This document shows, one piece after another, positions 11,163 to 21,662 of a DNA stretch of 64,000 nucleotides (positions within the stretch are counted from its first letter, which is position 1; every line of letters starts with the position of its first letter). The stretch is from an uncultured delta proteobacterium (GTDB lineage: Bacteria > Desulfobacterota > Binatia > UBA9968), in the NCBI GenBank assembly GCA_963745035.1, contig CAVUVW010000017.1:160001-224000 (forward strand). Direction: 5' to 3'. Made by a program: the position numbers and the translations under genes. Under the pieces are notes generated by a model. That model did no database searches and was not told where the DNA came from. It worked only from the letters and a program-made list of their open reading frames with translations.

Positions 11163-13430
11163 TTGAATAAAATCGATCCCATTCGCTACGAAATGTTCCT
11201 TCACCGTTTGTGGGCAATCGGTGAGGAAGGACGCATGACTCTCCAGCGCGTGACCGCTTCGCCGATCGTTTCCCAGGGCGGCGAATGCATGAGCTCGTTT
11301 TACGACGCCGAGGGCACCATGGTGCTGGCTTGTTCCGGTCATCTGCGCTTTGCCGCTGCAACCTCCGACGCGATCCGCGATCTCAAGCAACGGTTCGAAA
11401 AAGCTCCCGGTTTTTTTGACGGCGACCAGTTTTTCTTCAACGATCCTTACGTCGCCGGCTCCCATACCTATGACATGATGATCGTCAAGCCGATTTTCCA
11501 TCGCGGCGAGTTGATCGCGTGGACCGCCACCAGTACCCACACGGCGGACACCGGCGGAGTTCTACGCGGCGGCGCCTACGAAATTTTCCATGAGGGCATT
11601 TGTGTTCCGGGATTGAAGATCGTCGAAAAGGACGAATTTCGCGAGGACGTGTTTCAGACCCTCACCGGCATGTGCCGCGACCCGCAATATGTCGGTCTCG
11701 ATCTCAAGGCGATGATCGCCGGCAATAATATCTGCGCCAAGCGCTATCTCGGTCTGGTGGAAAAATTCGGCCTCAAGTTCGTCCAGCAAGCCGGCGAAAA
11801 AATGATCGAAGACTCCGAAGCAAAGTCGCGGGCCAAACTTCGCTCCATGCCCGACGGGACGTGGGTCACCCGGCAATACGTCACGACCCTCGACCGCAAA
11901 ACGCGCAAGTCGGTCGCGCAGCAGCTTTACTGCACAATGACCAAGAAGGGCGACTCGCTGACTTTCGACTTCGCCGGCACCAGTCCGCAGACCGACACCG
12001 ACCACAACTCCACCCTTCCCAGCACCATCGCGCATATCGCGCTGGCTTTGACCAACGCGCTCTTCTGGGACGTGCCGTGGAGCGACGGCAAGATGCGGCC
12101 GGTGAAAATTCTCGTGCCCGAAGGCAGCATTCTCAACTGCAAGTATCCCGCCGCGTGCGGCGCCGGCCCGCGCATCGGCAACGTGCTCGTCTCCACCGTC
12201 TGCGAGGCTGTGGCCAAGATGATCTACGCCTCGGGCCGGTACGACGACGTCAATGCGTCGACGACCGGCAATTTGGAATTCGTCGGCGGCCCCGGCTACT
12301 TCTACGGCGGCCACACGCGCGAAGGCATCGCCGTCGCCCAGGGACTCTACGACATTCACGGCTCCGGCATGGGCGCCGCGCCGCGCCGCGACGGCGTCAA
12401 CACCGGCGGGCACATGAATATTCCATCCGCCGGCATCAGCGACGTCGAGCGCATCGAAATGCAGTATCCGTTTCTCTACTTCACGCGCTCGCATAATCCC
12501 GACGGCAGCGGCTTCGGCCAATACCGCGGCGGCCTCGGCAGCCATCGCGTTTATTTCATCTACGGCTCAAAAGATTGCAGCGTCGACTACAAACCTTACG
12601 GCGGCGTCGCCCAAGGCGGGTTCGGTCTGGGCGGGGGATATCCCACCGGCAACGGCGCAACGCGGGTAATCATCGAAGCCGGACTCGGTATGCTCGACCG
12701 GGTCAAAAGCGGTGAGCACCCGACCGCCGAAGCCCTGCGCGAAGGCAAATGGGGCAAATCGATTCTGCCGGCTGGAGTGCCGGAGCGCGTGCCGCTCCCT
12801 GAAGGCAGCCTGCTCGTCGATTACGTTGCTGGCGGTGGCGGATTCGGCGATCCCATCGATCGCGATCCCCAGGCGGTGCTGAAGGATTTTGGCCGCGGAT
12901 GGGTGAGCCGCGGCGTAGCCGAGAATACGTATGGCGTCGTTCTAACCGACGACGGCAAAGCAGTAGACGCTCAGGCGACAGAGAATCGCAGACAGAAGAT
13001 TCGGGAGAAGCGAAAGCAGGGAGGCGAGCCGATCGCGAAACCTGCGGTCGCTGCCAATGATTCTGGGCAGAATGGCTGGAACACGCTGCTCAAGTTTCAT
13101 CGCGCCCTGGAAATCGCCACGAACGGAAAGCAAAAGGTCGTGCGCTGCACGCGCTGCGGCCATAGTTTCTGCAAGGCGGACGACAACTACAAGCTTTACG
13201 CTCTGCATCAGGTGACGCACTTGAACGAAATCATGCCGCCTTTGCCGTCGGGTGAGCCGTACATCGGCGAGTATCATATCTACTCCTGTCCGGGCTGCGC
13301 CACGCAACTGCAAGTGGACATGTTCAGCCCAAGCCTCGGCGGCGACGCCGTGCTATGGGATACGCGTATCGACGCGGACCGGCTGAAATTGAACAAAAGC
13401 AAAGTTATGGAAAGAGAGGCCCGAAAGTGA
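11163..13430 (+). CDS. Hydantoinase B/oxoprolinase with C-terminal CxxC...CxxC domain (acetone carboxylase gamma-like)
   Basis: NDPYVAGSHTYD, HTADTGG, GGGGFGDPIDRDP; tail CTRCGH...CPGCATQL. Confidence 0.88.
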   Translation: MNKIDPIRYEMFLHRLWAIGEEGRMTLQRVTASPIVSQGGECMSSFYDAEGTMVLACSGHLRFAAATSDAIRDLKQRFEKAPGFFDGDQFFFNDPYVAGSHTYDMMIVKPIFHRGELIAWTATSTHTADTGGVLRGGAYEIFHEGICVPGLKIVEKDEFREDVFQTLTGMCRDPQYVGLDLKAMIAGNNICAKRYLGLVEKFGLKFVQQAGEKMIEDSEAKSRAKLRSMPDGTWVTRQYVTTLDRKTRKSVAQQLYCTMTKKGDSLTFDFAGTSPQTDTDHNSTLPSTIAHIALALTNALFWDVPWSDGKMRPVKILVPEGSILNCKYPAACGAGPRIGNVLVSTVCEAVAKMIYASGRYDDVNASTTGNLEFVGGPGYFYGGHTREGIAVAQGLYDIHGSGMGAAPRRDGVNTGGHMNIPSAGISDVERIEMQYPFLYFTRSHNPDGSGFGQYRGGLGSHRVYFIYGSKDCSVDYKPYGGVAQGGFGLGGGYPTGNGATRVIIEAGLGMLDRVKSGEHPTAEALREGKWGKSILPAGVPERVPLPEGSLLVDYVAGGGGFGDPIDRDPQAVLKDFGRGWVSRGVAENTYGVVLTDDGKAVDAQATENRRQKIREKRKQGGEPIAKPAVAANDSGQNGWNTLLKFHRALEIATNGKQKVVRCTRCGHSFCKADDNYKLYALHQVTHLNEIMPPLPSGEPYIGEYHIYSCPGCATQLQVDMFSPSLGGDAVLWDTRIDADRLKLNKSKVMEREARK

Positions 13431-14398
13431 CTCGACTGTTTATGTTCTCGTTATCGGTCCTATGGGTCGCATCGGTCTTAGCTGTCCCATTGAGCTTCGC
13501 TCAAGACCGCCTCACTTTCGGTCTGACGACACGAGCCGGCAGCACTTCGCTTCCCTTCGTGATCGCCGAAGAGAAGGGCTTTTTCAAAAGCGAAGGACTG
13601 AACGTCATCGTCGTCATCATGCAGAATCAAGTCGTCGTCAACGGCGTCGTCACGCGCAACGTCGATTACGGCGGCACTTTCTCCAACTTCGTCGGCGCGG
13701 CGATTTCCGGGCTGCCCGTGCGCATCGTGATGTCGGCCATGGACGGCTCGGATCACTACCTCGTCACAAGCGCCAATGTGAAAAGAGTCGAAGACTTGAA
13801 AGGCAAGACCTTCGGCATCAGCAGCTTCGGCGGCACGCCGCACAGCGAAGCGGTGATGATCCTGCGAAAGTACGGCATGAACCCGGAGAAAGACGTGACC
13901 TTTTTGCAGATCGGCGGCAGCTCGAGCCGCTACGCCGCCCTGGAGAGCGGCTCCATCCATGCCGCCATGCTGGTACCGCCTTTCAACAATTTCGCGAAGA
14001 AGCGCGGCTTCAATCAGCTCCTGTCGTTCAACGATATCATGAATATTCCCCTCGGCGGCATCGCGGTTCATACGCAGCAAATGAAGGAGAAGCCCGACGA
14101 GATCGTCAAGATGATCAAGGCGGTGCTCAAGGCCACGGATTACATCCGGAATCGGAAAGCGGACATCTTATCTCACCTGGAAGCCAAGTGGGGCATCAAG
14201 GAAGCCGACGTGCGCGAGAGCATCTACCGCGATATGGTCGGTCTGTTCAGCAAGGACGGCGTCGCGTCCGACCAAACCATGAACAACGTGTTGGGTTTGG
14301 TGCGCGACACGCGCAAAACCAAGGATGACAAAACGCTAGCGGATATCGTCGACTGGAGCTTCGCGAGAAAAGCGCAGGCGGAACTGAAGATTCGCTAA
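13427..14398 (+). CDS. ABC substrate-binding protein (NMT1/SsuA type)
   Basis: Signal peptide, IAEEKGFFKSEGL, VEDLKGK, MNPEKDVTFLQIG. Confidence 0.88.
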   Translation: MTRLFMFSLSVLWVASVLAVPLSFAQDRLTFGLTTRAGSTSLPFVIAEEKGFFKSEGLNVIVVIMQNQVVVNGVVTRNVDYGGTFSNFVGAAISGLPVRIVMSAMDGSDHYLVTSANVKRVEDLKGKTFGISSFGGTPHSEAVMILRKYGMNPEKDVTFLQIGGSSSRYAALESGSIHAAMLVPPFNNFAKKRGFNQLLSFNDIMNIPLGGIAVHTQQMKEKPDEIVKMIKAVLKATDYIRNRKADILSHLEAKWGIKEADVRESIYRDMVGLFSKDGVASDQTMNNVLGLVRDTRKTKDDKTLADIVDWSFARKAQAELKIR

Positions 14399-14401
14399 GC
14401 T

Positions 14402-14467
14402 CCGTGTTCGTGTTCGTGACCGTGGTCGAATTTCTCGCTCCCTCACGAGCACGAGCCACGAACACGG
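14402..14467. repeat. Hexamer-unit inverted repeat between convergent genes (possible terminator/REP)
   Basis: ccgtgttcgtgttcgtgaccgtg ... cacgagcacgagccacgaacacgg. Confidence 0.65.
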
Positions 14468-15460
14468 CTACGATCCCAGCTTCTTGAAAAACCCTTCCTT
14501 CTCCAATTCGTCCAGCAGCGAGTGATCGACGAATTCCTCCGGCTTGCGGTTTTTGAAGTCCGGATTCTGCTCGGCGTAAAAGTTGATCGTGTCGCGCACG
14601 CCGTCCAAGTTCACCCGCGGCGGCAAGGAAAACCGCGGCGCGAAGTATTCGTAGGTCGTTCGCACGGTTTCCGGATCGTCGATGCGCATGCGATTTGCGA
14701 AGACCTTCATGGTCCGGACGCGGTCCATCTTGATGACATGGATCGCTTCGGCGTAGCCGCGCACGAAGCGCTTCACCTGGTCGCGGTTCTCCTTGAGCGA
14801 GCTGCCTTTCACGTACAGCGATGACTGTGTGAAGTTCGTGCTCATGTCGCCCATATCCGCCAAAACGCGATAGCCGGCCTTGACCGCGATGGTCAGGTGG
14901 GGCGGTGAAAGAATCGTCGCATCGATGCGTCCCGCCATGAGCGCGCCCATGCGCGTAGGAGCGTCGCCGCCGATGATCACTTGCACGTCGGAATGCTTTA
15001 AACCCCATTCCTTGAGGGCGAGTTGCAGCGCAAGATCGTTGGAGCCGCCGTAGTTGAGAATATTGACCCGCTTGCCGCGCAGGTCTTTGGGACTGCGAAT
15101 CTCGGGTTTGACGACGAATGCGTAGGGAAACTTGTTGTAGGACGCCGCAATGACTTTGATGTCCGATCCCCTGACCGCGGCCGCGAGGGGTCCGGTAGCC
15201 GATCCGGTGGAGAAATGCGTGCTGTTACCCAACAGCGCAGCGACGGAGCGTGCCGCTCCGGTGATCATGATGATTTCCACGTCGAGCCCATGCTTCGCGA
15301 AGATACCCAGATCCCGGCCGACCCACGTCGTGCTTTGAAATCCCGCGTGACCACCGTAATCCGCGATCAGTTTTTCCGCAGCGTAGCTGTTGCTTATCGG
15401 GGCGCAAAGGGCGATCAAAAAGATTATTTTGAAATATTGGATCACGGTGATTCTCTCCAT
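14468..15460 (-). CDS. ABC substrate-binding protein (NMT1/SsuA type)
   Basis: GIFAKHGLDVEI, PKDLRGK, FVDHSLLDELEKEGFFKKL. Confidence 0.88.
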   Translation of the reverse strand: MERITVIQYFKIIFLIALCAPISNSYAAEKLIADYGGHAGFQSTTWVGRDLGIFAKHGLDVEIIMITGAARSVAALLGNSTHFSTGSATGPLAAAVRGSDIKVIAASYNKFPYAFVVKPEIRSPKDLRGKRVNILNYGGSNDLALQLALKEWGLKHSDVQVIIGGDAPTRMGALMAGRIDATILSPPHLTIAVKAGYRVLADMGDMSTNFTQSSLYVKGSSLKENRDQVKRFVRGYAEAIHVIKMDRVRTMKVFANRMRIDDPETVRTTYEYFAPRFSLPPRVNLDGVRDTINFYAEQNPDFKNRKPEEFVDHSLLDELEKEGFFKKLGS

Positions 15461-16014
15461 AGCGATTTTAGCCTTCTTCGTGCCCGGATACTAAAGATCT
15501 AACAATCTTGGGTCAAGAGAACGGACCTATCGGGTCTGGGACCCGCGGAGGTCTTACTTGCCTGCAATCGAAAGCCCGGCGATCCTGCGCACGAACTGAA
15601 AAATACTTTACGAGAAAATCGCACTGAGAGGTGGTTCCCGATGTTTGTCGCCGAAAATTTTGGACGAATTGCGTAGATTGCGCAGAAGATTTACCGCAAA
15701 CGTACGTTGAGACTAATCAGTTACCTCAGCGCTACTTTTCAGGTTGTGCTGCTCGAGATATAAGGCCGAGATCTCATTTCAAACTCGACCCGTCATGGAT
15801 CTTCGGGGGGTGTTTTATCGTATTCACGCGTAAGTGTTTTACGCGTTCATCAAGTCTCTAAATTCATCGTCTTTGGCCAAATGGCACCGGTTCTGCGAGC
15901 GGTGAGGGAAGGACAGGAGGGAAGAACGCTCTAACAACAGGTTGTGGATCATTCGAGGTGCCGTCTCCGGCACCTCGAATATGAGTGTGGCTTACCGCGG
16001 TAGGCGGCCATTCG

Positions 16015-16554
16015 CTAGTGTGAAATCTTCAAAGCGACGCCAAGCGGTAAAGCATGAGGTCCGGTGCTTAATGCCGTGCCCAGTCTTTCCAGTTCCCACG
16101 ATGAAACCTTTTCCGTGGAAGCGACTTCTTTTGTAGCCGCTTGCAACTTGTCAGCCTCGGGCAGCTTGATCAGGTATTTGACGTTGTTGCCATCGGCCAG
16201 TGTCAGTGACAAGACCATGTGCTTGCCTTCTTCTGTTGCCAGTGTTTGCATCGATGAGACTCGACTGGAAAGCCCGGTCTTGGTCACCGTATCGCTGTAC
16301 AACCAGATGAATGCCCCGATGAATGAGGCCATCACCAACCAGCCAAACTGGCCGATCCTTTTCTGCCGCTTCACTGATCGGCTTCTCTGTTGATCGAAAA
16401 ACTTGCGGTAAGATTCCTTTTCTGCCGTTAGTCGCTTAAGCGGATCCTGCTCCGGCGAGCTAGGCGGTTGATTGAAGCCGAGATCTAAGGTGTTCAGGAT
16501 CATGCCCACGATCAGCAACCCCAGTGGAACACCGATTATCAGTAGAGGGTTCAT
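16015..16554 (-). CDS. Hypothetical protein with two TM segments
   Basis: 179-aa ORF, AAGGAG RBS, two hydrophobic stretches. Confidence 0.65.
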   Translation of the reverse strand: MNPLLIIGVPLGLLIVGMILNTLDLGFNQPPSSPEQDPLKRLTAEKESYRKFFDQQRSRSVKRQKRIGQFGWLVMASFIGAFIWLYSDTVTKTGLSSRVSSMQTLATEEGKHMVLSLTLADGNNVKYLIKLPEADKLQAATKEVASTEKVSSWELERLGTALSTGPHALPLGVALKISH

Positions 16555-16922
16555 AACTCTCCTTTTTTCAGGCTCTCACTAGCCTTGGGAATTTGGAAGA
16601 GGGAGGGGTCTGGACCGGAGTACGTTCGCTTACCGGAGCCGAAGTCCTTGCCACCGCTGGTTATGGGTGCAGGCCTTCTACCTCTTGCGCGCCACTACAT
16701 CGGAAGGAATGAAGCGTTATCGACTCTATAGGAGGGGAAGCTTTGTAGCAAGGGTGCACTTCCGGCGGCTAACAGCAACCCAATGCCTCGAGCTGCGGTG
16801 GAGTTCGCTAAACAAAATCGGGAATGCTACGATACAGCTTCCTTTAGAGCTTTTTTCCACTTCTCGAACCGCCCCCCGAGCTTTAAACGAGCCGGGGGTT
16901 TTTGTTGCCGGAGGAGGTTTTT

Positions 16923-17381
16923 ATGGACGAAAGAATCAGTGTTAGTCTGCGCGACGGCACGTTGGTACGGCACAAAACAATCGGCTACGAGGGCAAGGTC
17001 GAAGGCACGACCGCCATTAAAGCCTGCTTTACAAAAGGCGGGACTTTACAAGGGGTAGCGGCGACCAAGGAACCGTTTCAATATCGCGTGGCGGTCGACG
17101 GCATGTCTCTACGCTATATCGCCCCGGTGGACGACCTGGAAATCATCGAGGCCGTGACCGAGATCAGATGCGTGCGCTGTAACCGGGCTTTCAGTACGAA
17201 ACCTAGTCTGACAGGCAAAGCGGGCGGACGCTGCGCCTGCGGCGCCTGGATCTGCCCCGCCTGTCTGGGGTGCCAGGCGGAAGAATCTGACAGTAGCAAC
17301 CTCAAGCCTTGCGCCAGCCAGCGCAAACGGCTTTTGAAGAAAGCCAGCAGCGAAAGCAAATCGCCTGTTCAACGCCGGTAA
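16923..17381 (+). CDS. Hypothetical protein with Cys-rich putative Zn-binding C-terminus
   Basis: GGAGG RBS; CVRC...CACGAWICPACLGC. Confidence 0.7.
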   Translation: MDERISVSLRDGTLVRHKTIGYEGKVEGTTAIKACFTKGGTLQGVAATKEPFQYRVAVDGMSLRYIAPVDDLEIIEAVTEIRCVRCNRAFSTKPSLTGKAGGRCACGAWICPACLGCQAEESDSSNLKPCASQRKRLLKKASSESKSPVQRR

Positions 17382-17409
17382 ATGAGCCGAGGCGGGCAAG
17401 CTTTCCACC

Positions 17410-17508
17410 GAATGCCAACATTTTCGATTCCGATTGCCGATTTTGGATTGTCGGAGTCAGATCGAAATAGCCGTCTAATAATTTCACGCATCCTTCCCGT
17501 CTCTTCAT
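17410..17508 (-). pseudogene. Leader-only remnant of an array unit
   Basis: Shares gattgtcggagt(c/g)agatcgaaatagc and AATCG arms with the U7 leader at about 24490-24560; no SBP body follows. Confidence 0.6.
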
Positions 17509-17548
17509 CCCAACCGCTTACTCACGCCTCTCGCCTCACGGCTCACGC

Positions 17549-18545
17549 CTACTTGATCACCTTGTCCGCTCGCGCCAACACGTTAGGAGGAATCGTCAGA
17601 CCAATCTGCTTCGCCGCAATGAGGTTGATCACGCAGCTCGAACTTTGTCGGCTGTCGACCGGCAGGTCGGCGGGCTTGGCGCCTTTCAAAATCTTGTCCA
17701 CATACGTTGCGGCGTGCTTGCACAGGTCCGCGAAATCATCGCGTCCATAGGACATCAAGTCCGCCGGCTTCGACAAATTCTCTCTGGCTGTAAATCGGCT
17801 GGAAGCCGGTTCTTGCGCCATGAGTTCTACGACCTGGGTTACGGAATGTAAAAGGAGGACCGAGTTCCCCAGCGCAAGAATTGCCTAGCGCGCCCCTTGC
17901 TTGCGGCTCGGAAGGCGTCTCAATATCTTTCGGGACCTAGCATCTCAAGGTATTGAAGCTTCACTCCGAACGTCGGCGCGCGCAAAGCCGCTTTCCATCC
18001 TCTTAGGGACTCGTGGGTTACCCGGAATAGTCGAATTCCCGAGAACGGCCACGCGAGAGAGCCTGGGAACGATCTCTTTCAGAAGCTCCAATTGCTTTCC
18101 GCTTATCTCCGGCGAAAGGTTGAAGTCCTGTGACGTTCCCGCCAGGTCGCGCCAAGCTAGCGACGATGCCATTCCAACAGGATCGAAATCCTGTGCCATG
18201 ACAACGGGAATCGTATTGGTCGCCTCCCTGGCGGCACGGGTTGATCCCGGACCTCCCGTGACGATGATATCGACCTTGAGACGCACCAGTTCAGCCGCCA
18301 GTGCGGGAAGCCGTTCTGACTTTCCATCGCGTTTCGCCTCTCAATGACGATGTTTTTTCCCGGCACATATCCAAGCTCGCGCAGGCCATGGAGGAATGCG
18401 TCGTACCGATCCGAGATAGAGGAATGCGAGGGAGTCAGCGAGATAGCCTATCCGCGGAACTTTCTTCGGCTGCTGCGCCCCGAGCGGACGAGCAAAGCGC
18501 AAAGAGCATGGCGCAAAGCGCTACCGCAGAAATGTTTCGCTTCAT
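17549..18545 (-). pseudogene. Array unit U1, ABC_sub_bind SBP, multiple frameshifts
   Basis: MKRNISAVALCAMLFAL start; family motifs spread over several frames. Confidence 0.8.
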
Positions 18546-18583
18546 TGTTCTCATCTCACGCCTTACGCCTCACGGCTCACGGC

Positions 18584-19570
18584 TCACTGAATCACTTTGA
18601 TCCGCCCGCGCCAGCACTTTCGGCGGAATCGTCACACCGATCTGCTTCGCCGTTTTTAGATTGATCACCAACTCGAACTTCGTCGGCTGCTCGACGGGAA
18701 GATCGGCGGGCTTGGCGCCTTTCAGAATCTTATCGACGTAAAAGGCGACGCGCCGGTAGCTGTCCGCGAGGTTCGCTCCGTAGGACATGAGCCCACCGGC
18801 ATCTACAGCTTCTCGGCTGTCATAAATCGACGGTAACCGGCTCTTTAACGCGAAGCTGCCGCAATGCGTTTTTGGTTATTTGTCTGCCCCTCGCGGGACC
18901 CGGAAAGTACGATCAAAGCGGCAGGGCGCTGCTTGAGCGCGGCGGAATATCTGCTCAGATATCACGCTCGCATCTCGTACCTCCAAAGGTTGGATAGTCA
19001 GCCCTAGGGCAAGGCGCGCTTGGAAGGAGCTTTTTCAATTCTCGTGCATTGGCTGCGGAGTGGCCGGCGGATCAGATAACAGCGACGCGGGCAACTTTGG
19101 GAACCGCTTCCTTGAGAAGCTCCAGCCTTTTACCGGTTATTTCCGCTGCAAGTTTGGAATGCCGGTAACGTTGCCGCCAGGTCGGGCAAGGCTGTCTACA
19201 AACAGGTCGCCGACAGGATCGGTACCCAGCGCCATAACGATGGGAATCGTCTTGGTCGCATCCTTGGCCGCTCGGAGTCCACTGGGTGCCCCTGTGATGA
19301 TGATATCGACCTTGAGACGCACGAGGTCAGCCGCAAGCTCCGGGCAGGCGATCGAGTTTCCCCTCTGCATAGCGGTACTCGATGGCGATGTTCTGTCCTT
19401 CGACGTAACCAATCTCGCGCAGAGCCATGCCGAAAAACCTCGAGACGACCGACATTCGCCGAAGCGGGGCTGTGCCAGATAAGCTATCCGGGGGATTTTC
19501 GTTGGCTTCTGCGCCTTGGCTGAAAAAAAGTTATCATCAAAGAGTAAGTAACCAGAATTTTTGAATTCAT
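18584..19570 (-). pseudogene. Array unit U2, multiple frameshifts
   Basis: MNSKILV start; LVRLKVD...SLARPGG and [14 protein letters not shown] fragments. Confidence 0.8.
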
Positions 19571-19619
19571 AGTTTTCGCTGTTTTCTACGACAACTGATT
19601 ACTGAACACTGGCACTGTT

Positions 19620-20622
19620 TCATTTGATTACCGATCCGCTCGCGCCAGGACATTCGGTGGAATCGTCAGACCGATCTGCTTCGCGGTTTTGAGATTGATC
19701 ACGAAATCAAATTTCGTCGGCCCCTCGACCGGTAGATCTGCGGGTTTTGTTCCTTTGAGGATTTTGTCCACGTAAGCGGCGACACGGCGATATATAAAGA
19801 TGTAGTCTGGTCCGTAGGACATGAGTCCGCCAGCTTCCACGAACTCCCTGTCTCCGTACATGGTTGGAAGGCGGCTCTTTCCCGCAAGTTCCGCGATCTG
19901 TGGGTGGTGAATAGCGGTAAGAGGATTCCTCAGAACGAGCAGTGCTTGAGCACGGCCCTTGCTGGCGGCTAGAATGCCGGTTCAATTTCCTTGGGAGTCT
20001 GTACATCTAGGTTTTGGATCTGCAGCCCGAACGTTTTGCGGCAACTTCCGTCTCTTTCAACACTTGTGGGTTGCCGGGGACTTTCGAATTACCGAAGAAA
20101 GCTACACGGGAGAGCTTGGGGATGGCCTCCTTCAGAACCTCCAGTCGCTTCCCGGCCAAGCTCGGCTGAAGTGAGGCAAGCCCCGTGATATTTCCGCCCG
20201 GCCGCGCCACGCTGGCGACGTAGCCCTGATCCGACAGGATCGCTAACGTTTGTAATGACGATGGGGATTGTTCTGGTAGCATTCTTAGCATGCGAGATTG
20301 CCGGACCTGCTGCCCAGATGACCTCAACATTGAGACGCACTAACTCCTCCGCAAGATTGGGTAGCCGGTCCACTTTTCCTTCGGCATAGCGGTATTCGAT
20401 GACGATATTCTTGCCTTCCAGGTAACCCAGATCGCGCATTGCCTGTTGAAATGTCTCGACCGGAAGAGTGCCAGGCGCATCGGCTCTCAGCACGCCTACT
20501 CTGCGGACCTTTGCAGGCTCCTGCGCCGACGCAGAATAGCTAAGCGCAAGGAGCATGGCGCAAAGCGCGATGGAGAAGAGGCTCTTGCTGACGACTGACC
20601 ACTGACTACTGACTACTTTCAT
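19620..20622 (-). pseudogene. Array unit U3, frameshifted
   Basis: [23 protein letters not shown] start; fragments 20089-20622, 20007-20330, 19628-19861. Confidence 0.82.
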
Positions 20623-21605
20623 CGGATCACCTTATCCGCCCGCGCCAGCACATTCGGCGGAATCGTCAGGCCGATCTGCTTCGCCGCTTTCAGATTGATG
20701 ATCAACTCGAACTTCGTCGGTTGCTCCACCGGCAAGATCGGCGGGCTTGGCGCCTTTCAGAATCTTGTCCACGTAAGTGGCGGCGCGCCGGTACAAGTCG
20801 ATGATGCTCACGCCGTAGCTCATGAGCCCGCCGGCTTCCACAAACTGGCTCTGCGGATATATCGCCGGGAGCCGGCTCTTTACCGCGAGTTCTACAATCT
20901 GTGTTCGGTGAGAATGGAGACGCAGCTTGGCACCACATAAGGACTGCGTCAGCCCGCCCCTTGCCTGCGGCTCGGAATGCAGTCTCAATATCCTTTGGAA
21001 CCAGTACGTCTAGGTATTGAAGCTTGCACTCTGAACGCCCCTGCGGCGAGTTCCGTTTCTTTTAACGATTGTGCGTTGCCCGGCTGGGTCGAAGTCCCGA
21101 AGACGGCCACGCGGGAGAGCTTAGGAACGATCTCTTTCAAAAGCTCCAGTTGTTTTCCGCTTAGCTCCGGGCGCTGCGTTGACAATCCGGTAATGTTCCC
21201 GCCGGGTCGCGCAAGGCTGGCGACGAACCCGTTTCCAACCGGATCGGCATCCTGCGCCATGACAATGGGAATCGTAGTGGTTGCTTCCTTCGTGGCACGA
21301 GTCGGTAGCGGACCAGCCGTGACGATGACGTCTACCTTGAGACGCACTAGTTCGGCCGCAAGCGCGGGGAGGCGATCGAGTTTTCCCTCCGCATATCGAG
21401 TACTCAATGACAATATTTTTCCCCTCCACGTACCCAAGCTCGCGCAGACCCTGACGGAATGCCTCGATGCGGGCCGAGACAGTGGAAGGGCAGACAGCAT
21501 TAGGTATCCTATCCGGGGAACTTTCGTTGGCTGCTGCGCCTCGACAGACGAGCAAAGCGCAAAGAGCATGGCGCAAAGAGCAAGGACACGTGATTTTTTT
21601 TTCAT
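20619..21605 (-). pseudogene. Array unit U4, frameshifted
   Basis: MKKKSRVLALCAMLFAL start; stop overlaps U3 start (ATGA). Confidence 0.82.
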
Positions 21606-21662
21606 GGCTTTTTCTCTGTCTCGATCTACTCGACCCTCGACACTCTGACACTCGCCTCCGTC

